Source of the DNA: Dehalococcoidia bacterium | GTDB lineage: Bacteria; Chloroflexota; Dehalococcoidia; Lucifugimonadales; UBA1127 | Length of the DNA: 62,327 nucleotides | Direction: 5' to 3' | NCBI GenBank assembly: GCA_029936935.1 | Contig: JAPYRQ010000003.1 | Location: forward strand, 1-62,327 | Shown: in pieces, positions 19,881-29,846 of the stretch | How the letters are laid out: each line of letters opens with the position of its first letter | Numbering within the stretch: the stretch's first letter is position 1 | Notes under the pieces: generated by a model | Databases searched by the model: none | Seen by the model: only the letters and a program-made list of their open reading frames with translations | Told to the model about the DNA's origin: nothing | Position numbers and translations under genes: made by a program

Positions 19881-19937
19881 CATCCTCCCTTTGATTGAGC
19901 GAAGGATGAAATCCGGTTCATACAAAAGAATTAATCC
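19881..19937 (-). promoter_or_regulatory. Duplicated 57-bp upstream module, copy B
   Basis: 41/57 gapless identity to 18626-18682. Confidence 0.6.
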
Positions 19938-20029
19938 CCGGTCTTTTGAGTAGTTCCCACGGGCGGATGGAACCAAAATCAGAGCGAAATTGTCATATAC
20001 TTCGGATACGAACTTTATTGGAGGCAGGA

Positions 20030-20752
20030 ATGGACTGGGGAGCCGTTGCATGGATAGTCTTAGGAATCTTGGGAGCCGGGCTGATATTCGGTGGAATTGT
20101 GGCCTACCTGAGGCACACGAACCCAACTGTGCGGGCGCTGTCGGCTGCTGGGATAGCGTCAGGTCTGGCAATGTGGGCCGTCATTGGGTTCACCGTCCCC
20201 GCATCAACATCATCGGACAATGGAGAATCTCCTTCGCCGGTGGTCGCAACCGGAGTCATAGCGTCAGGGACATATGAGCCGTTCACCCAGGAAAGAGTTG
20301 CTGCCCTCCTGACCGCGGAAGATGTAGACAACGCGGCAAATAGCGCCGGTTCCCTGGCCGTGGAATACCGGGATGGAAAGGCAATGGCCGGAGGCGTGGA
20401 TCCTTCCCAGGTGACAGAGATTGAGACGTGGTATACAGCGGGATTTCAATCTGAGAACCCCATACAGGGTATGACGTTCAGCGTGATGGATTTCGTATCC
20501 GCCGATGCTGCGCAGGCCCACTTCGATAAGGTCCTCGGTGAGACGCCGGGCTTGGTGTTCATGGATCCGCCCATCGGCGATATTTCCGTATTTGTGGTGT
20601 TCAACGGGCAGGGCCTGGGGAGCATTGTGATGTATCGCTTCGGGGACCTCTACGTGTCCCTCCACACGGCTCAACCCTCCGATATCGAGCCGATGATGCC
20701 GGTCAGTACGCTGCAAGAGTTGGCACAGTTGGCGCTGTCCAGGATGAGTTAG
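20030..20752 (+). CDS. Hypothetical membrane-anchored protein
   Basis: Two N-terminal TM helices plus a soluble domain; GGAGG RBS. Confidence 0.7.
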   Translation: MDWGAVAWIVLGILGAGLIFGGIVAYLRHTNPTVRALSAAGIASGLAMWAVIGFTVPASTSSDNGESPSPVVATGVIASGTYEPFTQERVAALLTAEDVDNAANSAGSLAVEYRDGKAMAGGVDPSQVTEIETWYTAGFQSENPIQGMTFSVMDFVSADAAQAHFDKVLGETPGLVFMDPPIGDISVFVVFNGQGLGSIVMYRFGDLYVSLHTAQPSDIEPMMPVSTLQELAQLALSRMS

Positions 20753-20832
20753 CACCCGCCTCCTCACCTTGACACCCCGTCTCCACTGATGTTCAATCGC
20801 CTCAACGCACGTTGTTGAAGAGGAGGCCTGTT

Positions 20833-21645
20833 ATGCCACTCGCCCAGGTGAACGGTTTTGAGATGTATTACGAGACGATGGGTGAAGGCCCGCCGTTGGT
20901 CCTTGCCCACGGCGTCGGCGGCAACCACGCTATCTGGTGGCAACAGGTGAAGTACTTTGCCCAGTGGTACCAGGTCATCACCTTTGACCATCGAGGGTTC
21001 GCTTTGTCCAAGGACGTGGAGGAAGGACCGGGTAGGTCCGCTTTTGTCGACGACCTTGAGGGGCTGCTGGACTTCTTGAAGCTGGATAAAATTACGCTTA
21101 TCGCGCAGTCGATGGGCGGACGAACCTGCCTCGGTTTCGCTGTGCATGCCCCGGGGCGGGTGAACGCCCTGGTCATGGCTGCGACTACCGGATTCTTTGA
21201 GGCCACAGGCGCACTGGCTGCTCAGCAGGAAGTGACGCGCAAGGCAACGGACGGCCTCGCGCAGGCGGAACGCGTACTCTCTCAAAGCTACCGTGAGCGC
21301 GACCCTGTTGGCACAGAGCTTTACCTGAAGATCAGCGGCTTCAACGCCTCAACCCAGGCGAGGCTTGGCGGCGCCACCATGGCGGCGGTGTCCGCCCCCA
21401 GCACGGCAGCATTGAAGGAATCAGACCTCGCACGCGTGACCATGCCCGTACGCTTCATTGGTGGAGAGGACGATGTCCTTCAGCCTCCGGCGATTCTGGA
21501 GTTGGCATGCAAGCTATTCCCCAACGCGTCGTTGATTGAAGTGCCCCAGTGTGGCCACTCCATGTACTTTGAGAAGCCGGACGTCTTCAACTTCCTGGTG
21601 CATCGATTTCTCAAGGACTGTGGTATCGGAGGGTCGGCGGACTAG
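20833..21645 (+). CDS. Alpha/beta hydrolase
   Basis: LAHG, DHRGF, nucleophile AQSMGG, GH catalytic His. Confidence 0.9.
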   Translation: MPLAQVNGFEMYYETMGEGPPLVLAHGVGGNHAIWWQQVKYFAQWYQVITFDHRGFALSKDVEEGPGRSAFVDDLEGLLDFLKLDKITLIAQSMGGRTCLGFAVHAPGRVNALVMAATTGFFEATGALAAQQEVTRKATDGLAQAERVLSQSYRERDPVGTELYLKISGFNASTQARLGGATMAAVSAPSTAALKESDLARVTMPVRFIGGEDDVLQPPAILELACKLFPNASLIEVPQCGHSMYFEKPDVFNFLVHRFLKDCGIGGSAD

Positions 21646-21655
21646 TTCGCTTTGA

Positions 21656-23254
21656 ATGAAGAATGTTGATTTAATCGCACAGACGTTGGAGAAAGCTGGA
21701 GTCAAATGGGTCTTCGGCGTTCCCAGCGGCCCTGTCCTTCCCCTTATCAATGCTCTAGAGAAAACGTCGATTGCTTACGTGCTCACCGCCAATGAGACCT
21801 CGGCTGGCTTCATGGCCACTGCCGTTGGGAGTCTCACGGGTATTCCCGGTGTTTGCCTCTCCACCCTTGGCCCCGGCGCTACCAACATGGCTACGGGCGT
21901 AGGATGCGCCTGGCTGGACGGCGCGCCGGTCATCGCCATCACGTGCAACGTGCCCACACCCTGGCTTGATCGACGTATCCAGATGCGCATTGATCACCAT
22001 GCCCTCTACGCGCCGATAACCAAGGCATCACTGCCCCTGCGTGCCGATAACGTAGCAGCGACCCTTGCAGAAGCATTGAGCATCGCCTGCGCTGAGACGC
22101 CTGGCTCCGTGCACCTTGACCTCCCGGAGGATGTGGGAGAAGCGGAGGCCGTTCCTTCCACCTACACTGCCCCGACTTTAGCAAATGTGATAGAGACTAA
22201 AGCCGGCGACGATGTCGTAGCAGTAGTAAAAACCGCGTTGGCGATAAGCAGTAGGCCTCTGCTGATGACGGGGTTGGGGTTCACGCGGACCAACGCCGCC
22301 GCCGCGCTCCTGTCTTTTGTGGAACGCCAGAACATCCCGTTCATCTCCACCATGCATGCCAAGGGTTGGTTGCCGGAGAGTCACCCTAACTGGACAGGCG
22401 TGCTGGGTCGCGCGCGACGCACCAACGTGCAGCGGTTCATCAATGAAGCCGATCTGATCATTGCTGTTGGCTACGACCCTATCGAGATCAACTACGAGGA
22501 ATGGGTTGGCGACATCCCTGTCATCCATATCGCTACGGGAAAGGCCGATGTCGCTGGCGTCCAGATGCTCTTCAACGATGTCTGTGACATGGACGCGGCA
22601 ATTCAAGGCATGGCTGAGTTGCCGCCTATGCCTAACGGGTGGTCGATGGAAGCGTGGGCTACCCATCGTGCAGAACTCGACAGCGCTCTGAGGCCGGAGA
22701 CAGCAATGCTGAGCGCGCACCGGGTACTGGACGCGCTACGCGAGAGGCTCCCCGCAGATGGTGTGTTGGCCTACGATGTTGGAGCGCACACACACCAGAT
22801 TGCCAGTCAGTGGCGGACAGACGTGCCGCGCACATGCGTCTCTACCAACGGTTGGTCGTCCATGGGCTTCGGCATCCCTGGGGCTATTGCCGCCAAGCTC
22901 GCTCATCCCGATAAACAAGTAGTCGGCGTCGTTGGCGATGGCTGCTTCCAGATGACGGTCGGTGAGCTGAATGTAGCGCGCCGCTTGAACCTGCCCTTGC
23001 CCATCATTGCCCTGAACGATGGCTGGCTGGGGCTCATAAAGCTCAAGCAACAGGGCAAGGGGTTCGGGCTTGTTGGATCGCGCTTGGGAGACCCACCGAC
23101 ATCGCCGCCCGACTACTTTGGAGTGCCATGCCGCGCCGTCACTGATGAAGCATCGCTCCAAGACGCTTTGGCTTGGGGCATGAACCTTGACGGCCCCAGC
23201 GTCATTGAGGTCTTCATAGACCCTGAATCTTATGCCAGCACCGTCTATGACTAG
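21656..23254 (+). CDS. Thiamine pyrophosphate-binding protein (acetolactate synthase-like)
   Basis: NETSAGFMA, TLGPGATN, SMGFG, GDG...ND TPP motif. Confidence 0.9.
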   Translation: MKNVDLIAQTLEKAGVKWVFGVPSGPVLPLINALEKTSIAYVLTANETSAGFMATAVGSLTGIPGVCLSTLGPGATNMATGVGCAWLDGAPVIAITCNVPTPWLDRRIQMRIDHHALYAPITKASLPLRADNVAATLAEALSIACAETPGSVHLDLPEDVGEAEAVPSTYTAPTLANVIETKAGDDVVAVVKTALAISSRPLLMTGLGFTRTNAAAALLSFVERQNIPFISTMHAKGWLPESHPNWTGVLGRARRTNVQRFINEADLIIAVGYDPIEINYEEWVGDIPVIHIATGKADVAGVQMLFNDVCDMDAAIQGMAELPPMPNGWSMEAWATHRAELDSALRPETAMLSAHRVLDALRERLPADGVLAYDVGAHTHQIASQWRTDVPRTCVSTNGWSSMGFGIPGAIAAKLAHPDKQVVGVVGDGCFQMTVGELNVARRLNLPLPIIALNDGWLGLIKLKQQGKGFGLVGSRLGDPPTSPPDYFGVPCRAVTDEASLQDALAWGMNLDGPSVIEVFIDPESYASTVYD

Positions 23255-23306
23255 CGGGCATTGCTCTCGCGATGTAGAAGGGCTAAGAATGAACGGACTG
23301 TCCAAT

Positions 23307-23345
23307 GGTAGCCAACAGATAGCCTGGGTCCAGGGCGAGCCCTGG
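23307..23345 (+). repeat. REP-like element copy 1
   Basis: ggtagccaacagatagcctgggt-ccagggc-ga-gccctgg. Confidence 0.6.
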
Positions 23346-23347
23346 TC

Positions 23348-23832
23348 ATGAAGGTCTTATCCGTCAACGTCTCCAAACCTGGGGTCGTCGAAATCGACGG
23401 CAAGATGGTATCCACTGGCATCTTCAAACGGTCCGTAGACGGCCCCATCATGTTACGGGCGTTGGATTTCGATGGCGATGGGCAAGCTGACCTGCGGGCG
23501 CACGGGGGGCCACACCGGGCTGTATACGTGTACCCAAGTGAGCACTATGGCTACTGGCCCACGTCATAGGTCTACCGGAGTTCCCCAAGCAGTTCTTGGC
23601 AAGCGGTCGCATTGGCTTCTATCTCCGGGTGGTGGAGGAAGGCGCTGTGAGCGCTGGAGACGCAGTGGAGTTTACCAAGGCTTGCCCTGAAGCCATGAGT
23701 GTCCGTGAAGTCTGCAACCTACTGTACTTTGACCAGAAGAATATGGATGACGCGCGACGTGCCCTCAAAATACCGGCACTCTCTCCCGGCTGGCGGGGCT
23801 CCTTTGAAGCTCGTTTGGCCAAATCCGGTTAA
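23348..23832 (+). pseudogene. MOSC/YiiM-family protein with internal deletion
   Basis: N-terminus (GDGQADLRAHGGPHRAVYVY) stops at 23569; C-terminus (GRIGFYLRVVEEG plus 3-alpha domain) is in another frame; central ENL/PC segment is missing. Confidence 0.8.
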
Positions 23833-23917
23833 CGTGTCTGCTCCCTAGCGGATACGGCAAGTGAGCTAGTGACCTGCCTAATGGCCACCTACAGACCCAC
23901 CAAATATTGTTCATATA

Positions 23918-23984
23918 GGGGCCACATGGCCCCGCACCTCTGGGCCTAATTACCCTGTTGGCTTTGCCATCCCTCATCTAATCT
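23918..23984 (+). promoter_or_regulatory. Putative DevR-like activator boxes and -10 of the ligB/Rieske operon
   Basis: GGGGCCA-CA-TGGCCCC, second site GGGCCTAATTACCC, TTGG, TAATCT; same spacing as 29775-29840. Confidence 0.6.
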
Positions 23985-24074
23985 CCTCATAGGTCGACTC
24001 GTAAGAGCTAACGCCCCAACTGTTGAAGGTGCTATATAGGGCACCTGGAGAGTACTCGACTGAAGGAGAAGGAC

Positions 24075-25058
24075 ATGGCGAAGATTGTTTTAGGGATAGG
24101 GACATCGCACAGCCCACAGCTGAGCGTCCCCGGAGATTTGTGGGACACTTATGCGGAGCGCGACAAGCGTAACCCGGGCCTCTATCGCATTCCTGATGGG
24201 AAGCACGTCACCTATGAGGAGCTCTTGGATGAGCCCCATCCAGGCATTGAAAAGCAACTGACTTCTGAGGTCTTCCAGGCACGGCATGAGGCCAACCAGG
24301 CAGGCATCAGCAAACTGGCAGAAGTGATGGAGAAGGCAAACCCTGACGTGATTGTCATGTTTGGCGATGACCAGTCAGAGGTGTTCTCAGCGGACTTCAT
24401 GCCCGCCATGTGCGTCTTCTGGGGCGACACGGTGCCCTTCTCCCGACGCAGCTTTGGCAACCGCGATGCAGCCATGGAGGCCATTGACGGCTACTACAGC
24501 AGGCCTGAAAAGGAATATCCGGTGCACGCGAAACTCGGCAAGCACATCATCGAGTCTCTGAGCACGGACGATTTTGACATAATGCATGCCCGAACCATTG
24601 GCGAGGGCAAGTCCATCAGCCACGCGTTCGGTTTTGTTTGGAACAGGCTCATGGGCGACAAGATCACCCAGACGGTTCCCATTCACATCAACACGTACTT
24701 CTCGCCCAACCAGCCCACGCCACTCCGTAGCTGGGAGCTGGGTCAATCTGTCCGTAAGGCCGTTGAGTCCTGGGACAATGATTTGAGGGTCGCTGTCCTT
24801 GGTTCCGGTGGCTTCAGCCACTTCGTCGTCGACGAAGAAATCGACCAGAATTGCATCAAGGCTCTGGAGGGCAAGAACACCAAGGCCATCGGAGCGCTTC
24901 CGTTGGAGCGTTTGCAGTCCGGAACGTCAGAAGTCCGCAACTGGTTCGCCGCCGCAGGTGCAGCTGAAGAGCTGGATATGCACATGGTTGACTACGTTCC
25001 CTGCTACCGATCCGTTGCAGGTACCGGCTGCGCCATGGGCTTTGCGTACTGGTCTTAA
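24075..25058 (+). CDS. LigB-family extradiol ring-cleavage dioxygenase (protocatechuate/gallate-type)
   Basis: IGTSHSP, GDDQ, SHAFGF, INTYFSPNQP, SGGFSHF, SEVRNW. Confidence 0.88.
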   Translation: MAKIVLGIGTSHSPQLSVPGDLWDTYAERDKRNPGLYRIPDGKHVTYEELLDEPHPGIEKQLTSEVFQARHEANQAGISKLAEVMEKANPDVIVMFGDDQSEVFSADFMPAMCVFWGDTVPFSRRSFGNRDAAMEAIDGYYSRPEKEYPVHAKLGKHIIESLSTDDFDIMHARTIGEGKSISHAFGFVWNRLMGDKITQTVPIHINTYFSPNQPTPLRSWELGQSVRKAVESWDNDLRVAVLGSGGFSHFVVDEEIDQNCIKALEGKNTKAIGALPLERLQSGTSEVRNWFAAAGAAEELDMHMVDYVPCYRSVAGTGCAMGFAYWS

Positions 25059-25075
25059 ATCAAGTTGTGATTAGT

Positions 25076-25109
25076 GGAGCAGCTACCCTGGAAACGGGGT
25101 AGCTGCTCC
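25076..25109 (+). other. Intra-operon 13-bp stem hairpin without U-tract (possible mRNA stabiliser)
   Basis: ggagcagctaccc / gggtagctgctcc. Confidence 0.55.
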
Positions 25110-25152
25110 TGTGCAGGATTCAAACCAAAACACCTAGGGGAAGGAAGAAGAA

Positions 25153-26466
25153 ATGCTGACACAAACTGACAATGAATTACTAACCAAGACAGGACCCGGA
25201 ACTCCCATGGGGGAAGTGTTCCGGCGGTTTTGGCAGCCCGCACTCCTATCATCGGAGTTGCCCGCGCCTGACTGCGATCCCATTCGCCTTCGATTGCTTG
25301 GCGAGAACCTTGTGGCCTATCGCGACACCAACGGAGACGTTGGCGTGATGGACTTCTACTGCCCGCATCGCCGCGCGGGTATGTTCTTCGGTCGAAACGA
25401 AGAGTGCGGACTTCGCTGCGTATACCACGGCTGGAAGTTCGACAAGGACGGCAACTGCACGGACATGCCGTCAGAGCCGGCAGAGAGCAATTTCAAGGAC
25501 AAGGTGAAAATCACGGCGTATCCGGCCGAAGAGGCTGGCGACGTCGTCTGGATTTACATGGGGCCTGCTGAGAGCAAGCCTGCTTTGCCCGATTTTGAAT
25601 GGACCAAGGTGCCTTCTGAGAACCGTGTGGTGACTCGCTGGATTCAGCAGTCCAACTGCATGCAGGCTGCGGAAGGCGAGATCGACACGTCTCACGTGTC
25701 CTTCAACCACCGTTGGTTCAACATGAAGAACGCACCGGATTCCGTTAAGTCCCTCCCACGTCGTGAGAACAAAGACGGTAAGCAACTGAACCTCATGGAC
25801 GGCGCGCCACACCTGACCGTGAATGAGACCAACTACGGTTTCACCTATGGCTCACGTCGCGCAGTTGAGGATGAGGGGTACTACTGGCGCATAACCCAGT
25901 TCCTTCTGCCCATGTACAGCCTGATTCCCAGCCCTGACTGGCCCCGTGGCGGCCGAGGTTGGGTGCCGATTGATGATGAGAATATCTCCGTCATTCAGTA
26001 CTCCTACAATGCCGAACGACCTTTCACCAAGCTAGAGCGTGAGCACAGGAGATCCAGCCCCGAAGGACTGAAGTATGGCAAGTTCACCCTTGATGACGGC
26101 TACATCATTGACACCTTCATTCCGGCCCGACTGCCGGAGAACGACTACCTCATTGACCGCGAAATGCAGCGTAATGACAACTACACAGGCATCGCTAGCG
26201 GACGCGAGCAGGATATGGCTATGACGGATACCATGGGCGCCGTCGCCGACCGCACCAAGGAGCACCTTGGCACAAGCGACACCGCGATCATCGCAGCCCG
26301 CAGAATTCTTCTTAAGCTGGCTCGAGACCTCCAGGAAGGCACGGAGCCATACGCACCACAGCACCCGGAAGTCTTTGCGGTGCGCGCCATCGACGTAGTC
26401 GACCATGAGGGCGACTTCGACAAGCTCATGGTAGAGCACTCAGCACTCTCGAAGACTACGTTTTAG
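25153..26466 (+). CDS. Rieske aromatic oxygenase alpha subunit (phthalate 4,5-dioxygenase/LigX-like)
   Basis: CPHRR...CVYHGW; IDTSHVSFNH; EQDMAM. Confidence 0.93.
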   Translation: MLTQTDNELLTKTGPGTPMGEVFRRFWQPALLSSELPAPDCDPIRLRLLGENLVAYRDTNGDVGVMDFYCPHRRAGMFFGRNEECGLRCVYHGWKFDKDGNCTDMPSEPAESNFKDKVKITAYPAEEAGDVVWIYMGPAESKPALPDFEWTKVPSENRVVTRWIQQSNCMQAAEGEIDTSHVSFNHRWFNMKNAPDSVKSLPRRENKDGKQLNLMDGAPHLTVNETNYGFTYGSRRAVEDEGYYWRITQFLLPMYSLIPSPDWPRGGRGWVPIDDENISVIQYSYNAERPFTKLEREHRRSSPEGLKYGKFTLDDGYIIDTFIPARLPENDYLIDREMQRNDNYTGIASGREQDMAMTDTMGAVADRTKEHLGTSDTAIIAARRILLKLARDLQEGTEPYAPQHPEVFAVRAIDVVDHEGDFDKLMVEHSALSKTTF

Positions 26467-26540
26467 GTTCGACAAACTTCGAAGCCAATAATGCCCTACC
26501 CAAAGAGGTACGGCGGGAGAACAAGGAAAGAAGGGAAAAC

Positions 26541-27827
26541 ATGCTGACACAAGCAGACAACGAGATAGTCACGCGAACCGGTCCCGGCACGCCCATGGGT
26601 GAGCTGTTCCGGCGGTTCTGGCAACCAGTGTTGCTATCGTCAGACCTGCCTGATAACGATGGTGACCCACAGCGAATAAAGGTGTTGGGTGAGAACCTTG
26701 TCGCCTATCGCGACACCAACGGCGACGTTGGCGTGATGAACTTCTACTGCCCGCATCGCCGCGCGGGTATGTTCTTCGGTCGAAACGAAGAGTGCGGACT
26801 CCGCTGTGTGTACCACGGCTGGAAGTTTGATAAGGACGGCAACTGCACGGATATGCCGTCAGAGCCCGCCGAGAGCAACTTCAAGGGCAAGGTGAAAATC
26901 ACCGCATATCCAGCCAAAGAGGCTGGCACGGTGGTCTGGATCTACATGGGGCCCAAGGAGCTTCAGCCGGAGTTACCGCAGTTTGAGTGGTGCACGGTTC
27001 CCGAGGGTCACGTGGTAGTGACTCGCTGGCTCCAGCAGTCCAACTACCTTCAGGCCATGGAAGGCGAGATTGATACGTCCCACGTCTCCTTCAACCATCG
27101 CTGGTTTGACCTGGACCCCGCACCTGCCACCATTGCCATTCTCAACAGGATGGCAGGGGACGGTTCCCCTCGCCTCACGGTGCGGGAGAACGATTCAGGC
27201 TTCATCTACGGTTCACGCCGGGACTATGACAACCAGTACTACTGGCGCTGCACCCAGTTGATGGTGCCCATGTACAGCCTTATCCCTGGCAACCAGTGGC
27301 CCCGTGGCGGACGCGGGTGGGTTCCTGTGGACGACGAGACCAACATGGTCTTCCAGTACGCCTCTAACCCGGACCGACCTCTCACAGAGGAAGAGATACA
27401 CCTGCGCAAGACCCAGAGCCCGCAGAATCTTCACAAGGTGAAGCATACGTTGTCTGACGGCTACGTCATCGATACCTGGATCCCTGAACGGACACCGCAG
27501 AACGACTACAACATCGATCGCGAGATGCAGCGCACGACGAACTACGTTGGCATCCCAAGCACTCGTGAACAGGACATGGCTATGACGGACAGCATGGGCG
27601 CCATTGCCGACCGCACCAAGGAGCACCTGGGCACCAGTGATACGGCCATCATTGCCGGCCGTCAGTTGTTGCTCAAGCTGGCTCGTGACCTTCAAGAAGG
27701 CCAGGAGCCTTACGCGGCACAGCACCCGGAGGTCTTTGCCGTCAGAGCCATCAACATTGTGGACCCGGAGCCTGACTTCGATAACCTTCTTAAGAAGCAC
27801 GGAGATATGGGCAAGGTCAACGCATAA
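26541..27827 (+). CDS. Rieske aromatic oxygenase alpha subunit (close paralog of the previous gene)
   Basis: CPHRR...CVYHGW; IDTSHVSFNH; EQDMAM. Confidence 0.93.
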   Translation: MLTQADNEIVTRTGPGTPMGELFRRFWQPVLLSSDLPDNDGDPQRIKVLGENLVAYRDTNGDVGVMNFYCPHRRAGMFFGRNEECGLRCVYHGWKFDKDGNCTDMPSEPAESNFKGKVKITAYPAKEAGTVVWIYMGPKELQPELPQFEWCTVPEGHVVVTRWLQQSNYLQAMEGEIDTSHVSFNHRWFDLDPAPATIAILNRMAGDGSPRLTVRENDSGFIYGSRRDYDNQYYWRCTQLMVPMYSLIPGNQWPRGGRGWVPVDDETNMVFQYASNPDRPLTEEEIHLRKTQSPQNLHKVKHTLSDGYVIDTWIPERTPQNDYNIDREMQRTTNYVGIPSTREQDMAMTDSMGAIADRTKEHLGTSDTAIIAGRQLLLKLARDLQEGQEPYAAQHPEVFAVRAINIVDPEPDFDNLLKKHGDMGKVNA

Positions 27828-27883
27828 ACCGTATTTGGATCAAGTTTCCCAGGGGAGGGAAAACTTAACCAAAGGAGAGAACA

Positions 27884-29191
27884 ATGCTGACACCAGAAGA
27901 GAATGATCTGATTTGTAGGACTGATAAGGGCACCCCCATGGGAGAGGTCATGCGCCGATACTGGCAGCCTTTCCTGATCTCTGATGAGCTTCCAGATCCG
28001 GACTGTGACGCCATACGTGTTCGGTTGTTGGGCGAGCAGCTTGTCGCGTTCCGTGACACCAATGGGGTCGTAGGCCTCGTCGCTGACGCTTGCCCACATC
28101 GGGGCGCGTCAATGTTCTTCGGCATCAACCAGGAATGTGGCCTGATGTGTATCTACCACGGATGGAAGTTTGATGTGAACGGTGAATGCACAGACATGCC
28201 TTCAGACCTGCCCGGAAGCGGTTTCAAGGACAAGGTAAGAATTGAGGCCTATCCCTGCATTGAGTCGGCAGGCGTCATCTGGACCTACATGGGGCCCAAA
28301 GAGAAGGAGCCCCCGCACCCCAACTTCATCTTCAACAACCTCCCCCAAGAGAACGTGCATGCATTCCGTGTCCCCATCTACTGCAACTGGTTGCAGAGCA
28401 TGGAAGGGAACATTGACTCCACCCACCTGGGCACGCTCCACGTGGACTACCAGGATATGCACCCGGTGGACCTGGAGTATGACAAGCCGGACACTTACCC
28501 TTCCGGGGCATTTGTCCGATACAACCTAGCCAAGTACCGTTACGCCCGCATCGATGTGCAGGATACCTCCTATGGGTATCGACTCATCGCGTCACGGCCA
28601 ACGGACAACGGCAACCAGCACGTCCGCACTAACTGCCACGTGCTGCCCTACAGCACCTTCATTGCATCCCCGGGCAAGGGTGGCTCCGTTTTGATTCACC
28701 CGCCCACGGACGATGAGAACTGCTACCGCATCGGCATCCAGTTCCGGACGGACAGGCCAATCACCGGACAGGAGCGCCGAACCATCACCATGGCTGGGAC
28801 ATACATGGAGAGTGATGGCAAGACTCGCAAGAACCGTGAAGAGAATGACTTCAACGTGGACCGCTGGGCACAGAAGAACACCATCCTGTCCGGCATCTGG
28901 CCTTTCGCAGACCAGGACTACGCCATCATTGAGACGATGGGCAAGATCTTTGACCGGACCAAAGAGCACCTCTATCAGGGTGACCAGGCCATCATTAGGA
29001 ACAGGCAACAACTGTTGAAGATGGCCATGGACATCCAGGAGGGCATAGACCCGCCAGGAACGGGGAACAACAACGACATTCCTCACCACCTGATCCACTC
29101 CGTGGAGAAGATCATTGGGCCTGACGACGATCCGTGGTTCTTGGAAGCGGACGCAGGAGAAACGACTGAAAAGGGTCAACGTACCCGCTAG
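27884..29191 (+). CDS. Rieske aromatic oxygenase alpha subunit
   Basis: CPHRG...CIYHGW; IDSTHLGTLH; DQDYAI. Confidence 0.93.
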   Translation: MLTPEENDLICRTDKGTPMGEVMRRYWQPFLISDELPDPDCDAIRVRLLGEQLVAFRDTNGVVGLVADACPHRGASMFFGINQECGLMCIYHGWKFDVNGECTDMPSDLPGSGFKDKVRIEAYPCIESAGVIWTYMGPKEKEPPHPNFIFNNLPQENVHAFRVPIYCNWLQSMEGNIDSTHLGTLHVDYQDMHPVDLEYDKPDTYPSGAFVRYNLAKYRYARIDVQDTSYGYRLIASRPTDNGNQHVRTNCHVLPYSTFIASPGKGGSVLIHPPTDDENCYRIGIQFRTDRPITGQERRTITMAGTYMESDGKTRKNREENDFNVDRWAQKNTILSGIWPFADQDYAIIETMGKIFDRTKEHLYQGDQAIIRNRQQLLKMAMDIQEGIDPPGTGNNNDIPHHLIHSVEKIIGPDDDPWFLEADAGETTEKGQRTR

Positions 29192-29192
29192 T

Positions 29193-29242
29193 AAAGAATC
29201 CAAGGGTGCCCTGGCCTGGGCCAGGGCACCCTTGGATTCTTT
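29193..29242 (+). terminator. 24-bp perfect inverted repeat terminating the Rieske operon
   Basis: aaagaatccaagggtgccctggcc-tg-ggccagggcacccttggattcttt. Confidence 0.8.
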
Positions 29243-29289
29243 GGGGGGGTTGAAAGATTGCCCGTGTATCGGGTGCTGGGAGCAACACC

Positions 29290-29751
29290 ATGGCAGTACA
29301 GGCCTTTGCTCAAGAGCAACATATGAAGATTAGTGAGTATCTGAGGGCCGAGCACAAGACCATTAGTGAGGATGTCTGGCGTCTTGAACAACAACTTGAG
29401 ATTGGCAGCCTCTCCATTACTGATGTGAAACTTACAGTCCGCACCATTGCCGCCGCATTGGAAAACCACGCCAAGCTGGAAGAGAAGGTTCTGTTCCCTG
29501 CGTTGGAGCATGCCCTGGGCCGTGATGATGGCCCGTTGGCCGTCATGGAAGCCGAGCACAGTCGAATCGCCGCACTGTTCAGTCGTATCGATGGCGCTCG
29601 TGATGAGGACAACGTGCCCATGCTTACTAAAGAACTCACAGGGATGCTACTGAACCATTTTTCCAAGGAAGAAAGTGACCTGTTCCCGAAGGCAGACGAG
29701 CTTCTAGGCACGGTGGAGATTGATGAGTCGGGTTCAGTTCAGCTTGTGTAG
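29290..29751 (+). CDS. Hemerythrin (HHE) domain protein
   Basis: AEH...HAKLEEKVLFP...MEAEH...HFSKEESDLFP. Confidence 0.88.
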   Translation: MAVQAFAQEQHMKISEYLRAEHKTISEDVWRLEQQLEIGSLSITDVKLTVRTIAAALENHAKLEEKVLFPALEHALGRDDGPLAVMEAEHSRIAALFSRIDGARDEDNVPMLTKELTGMLLNHFSKEESDLFPKADELLGTVEIDESGSVQLV

Positions 29752-29774
29752 TGAGAGGTTACCTAGCAAGGAAG

Positions 29775-29840
29775 GGGCCATTTGGCCCTTCAGGTGTACA
29801 CCGTTTTACCCTATTGGACCCATAGTACAAACCCTAGAAT
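29775..29840 (+). promoter_or_regulatory. Putative DevR-like boxes and -10 of the candidate sRNA
   Basis: GGGCCA-TT-TGGCCC, n18, TACCCTATTGG, TAGAAT. Confidence 0.6.
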
Positions 29841-29846
29841 GTGAAT

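Noticed and set aside
17023-20752. Prophage or ICE at tRNA-Asn suggested by the Xis-like HTH
   Set aside because: No integrase, no duplicated tRNA end and no phage genes seen.
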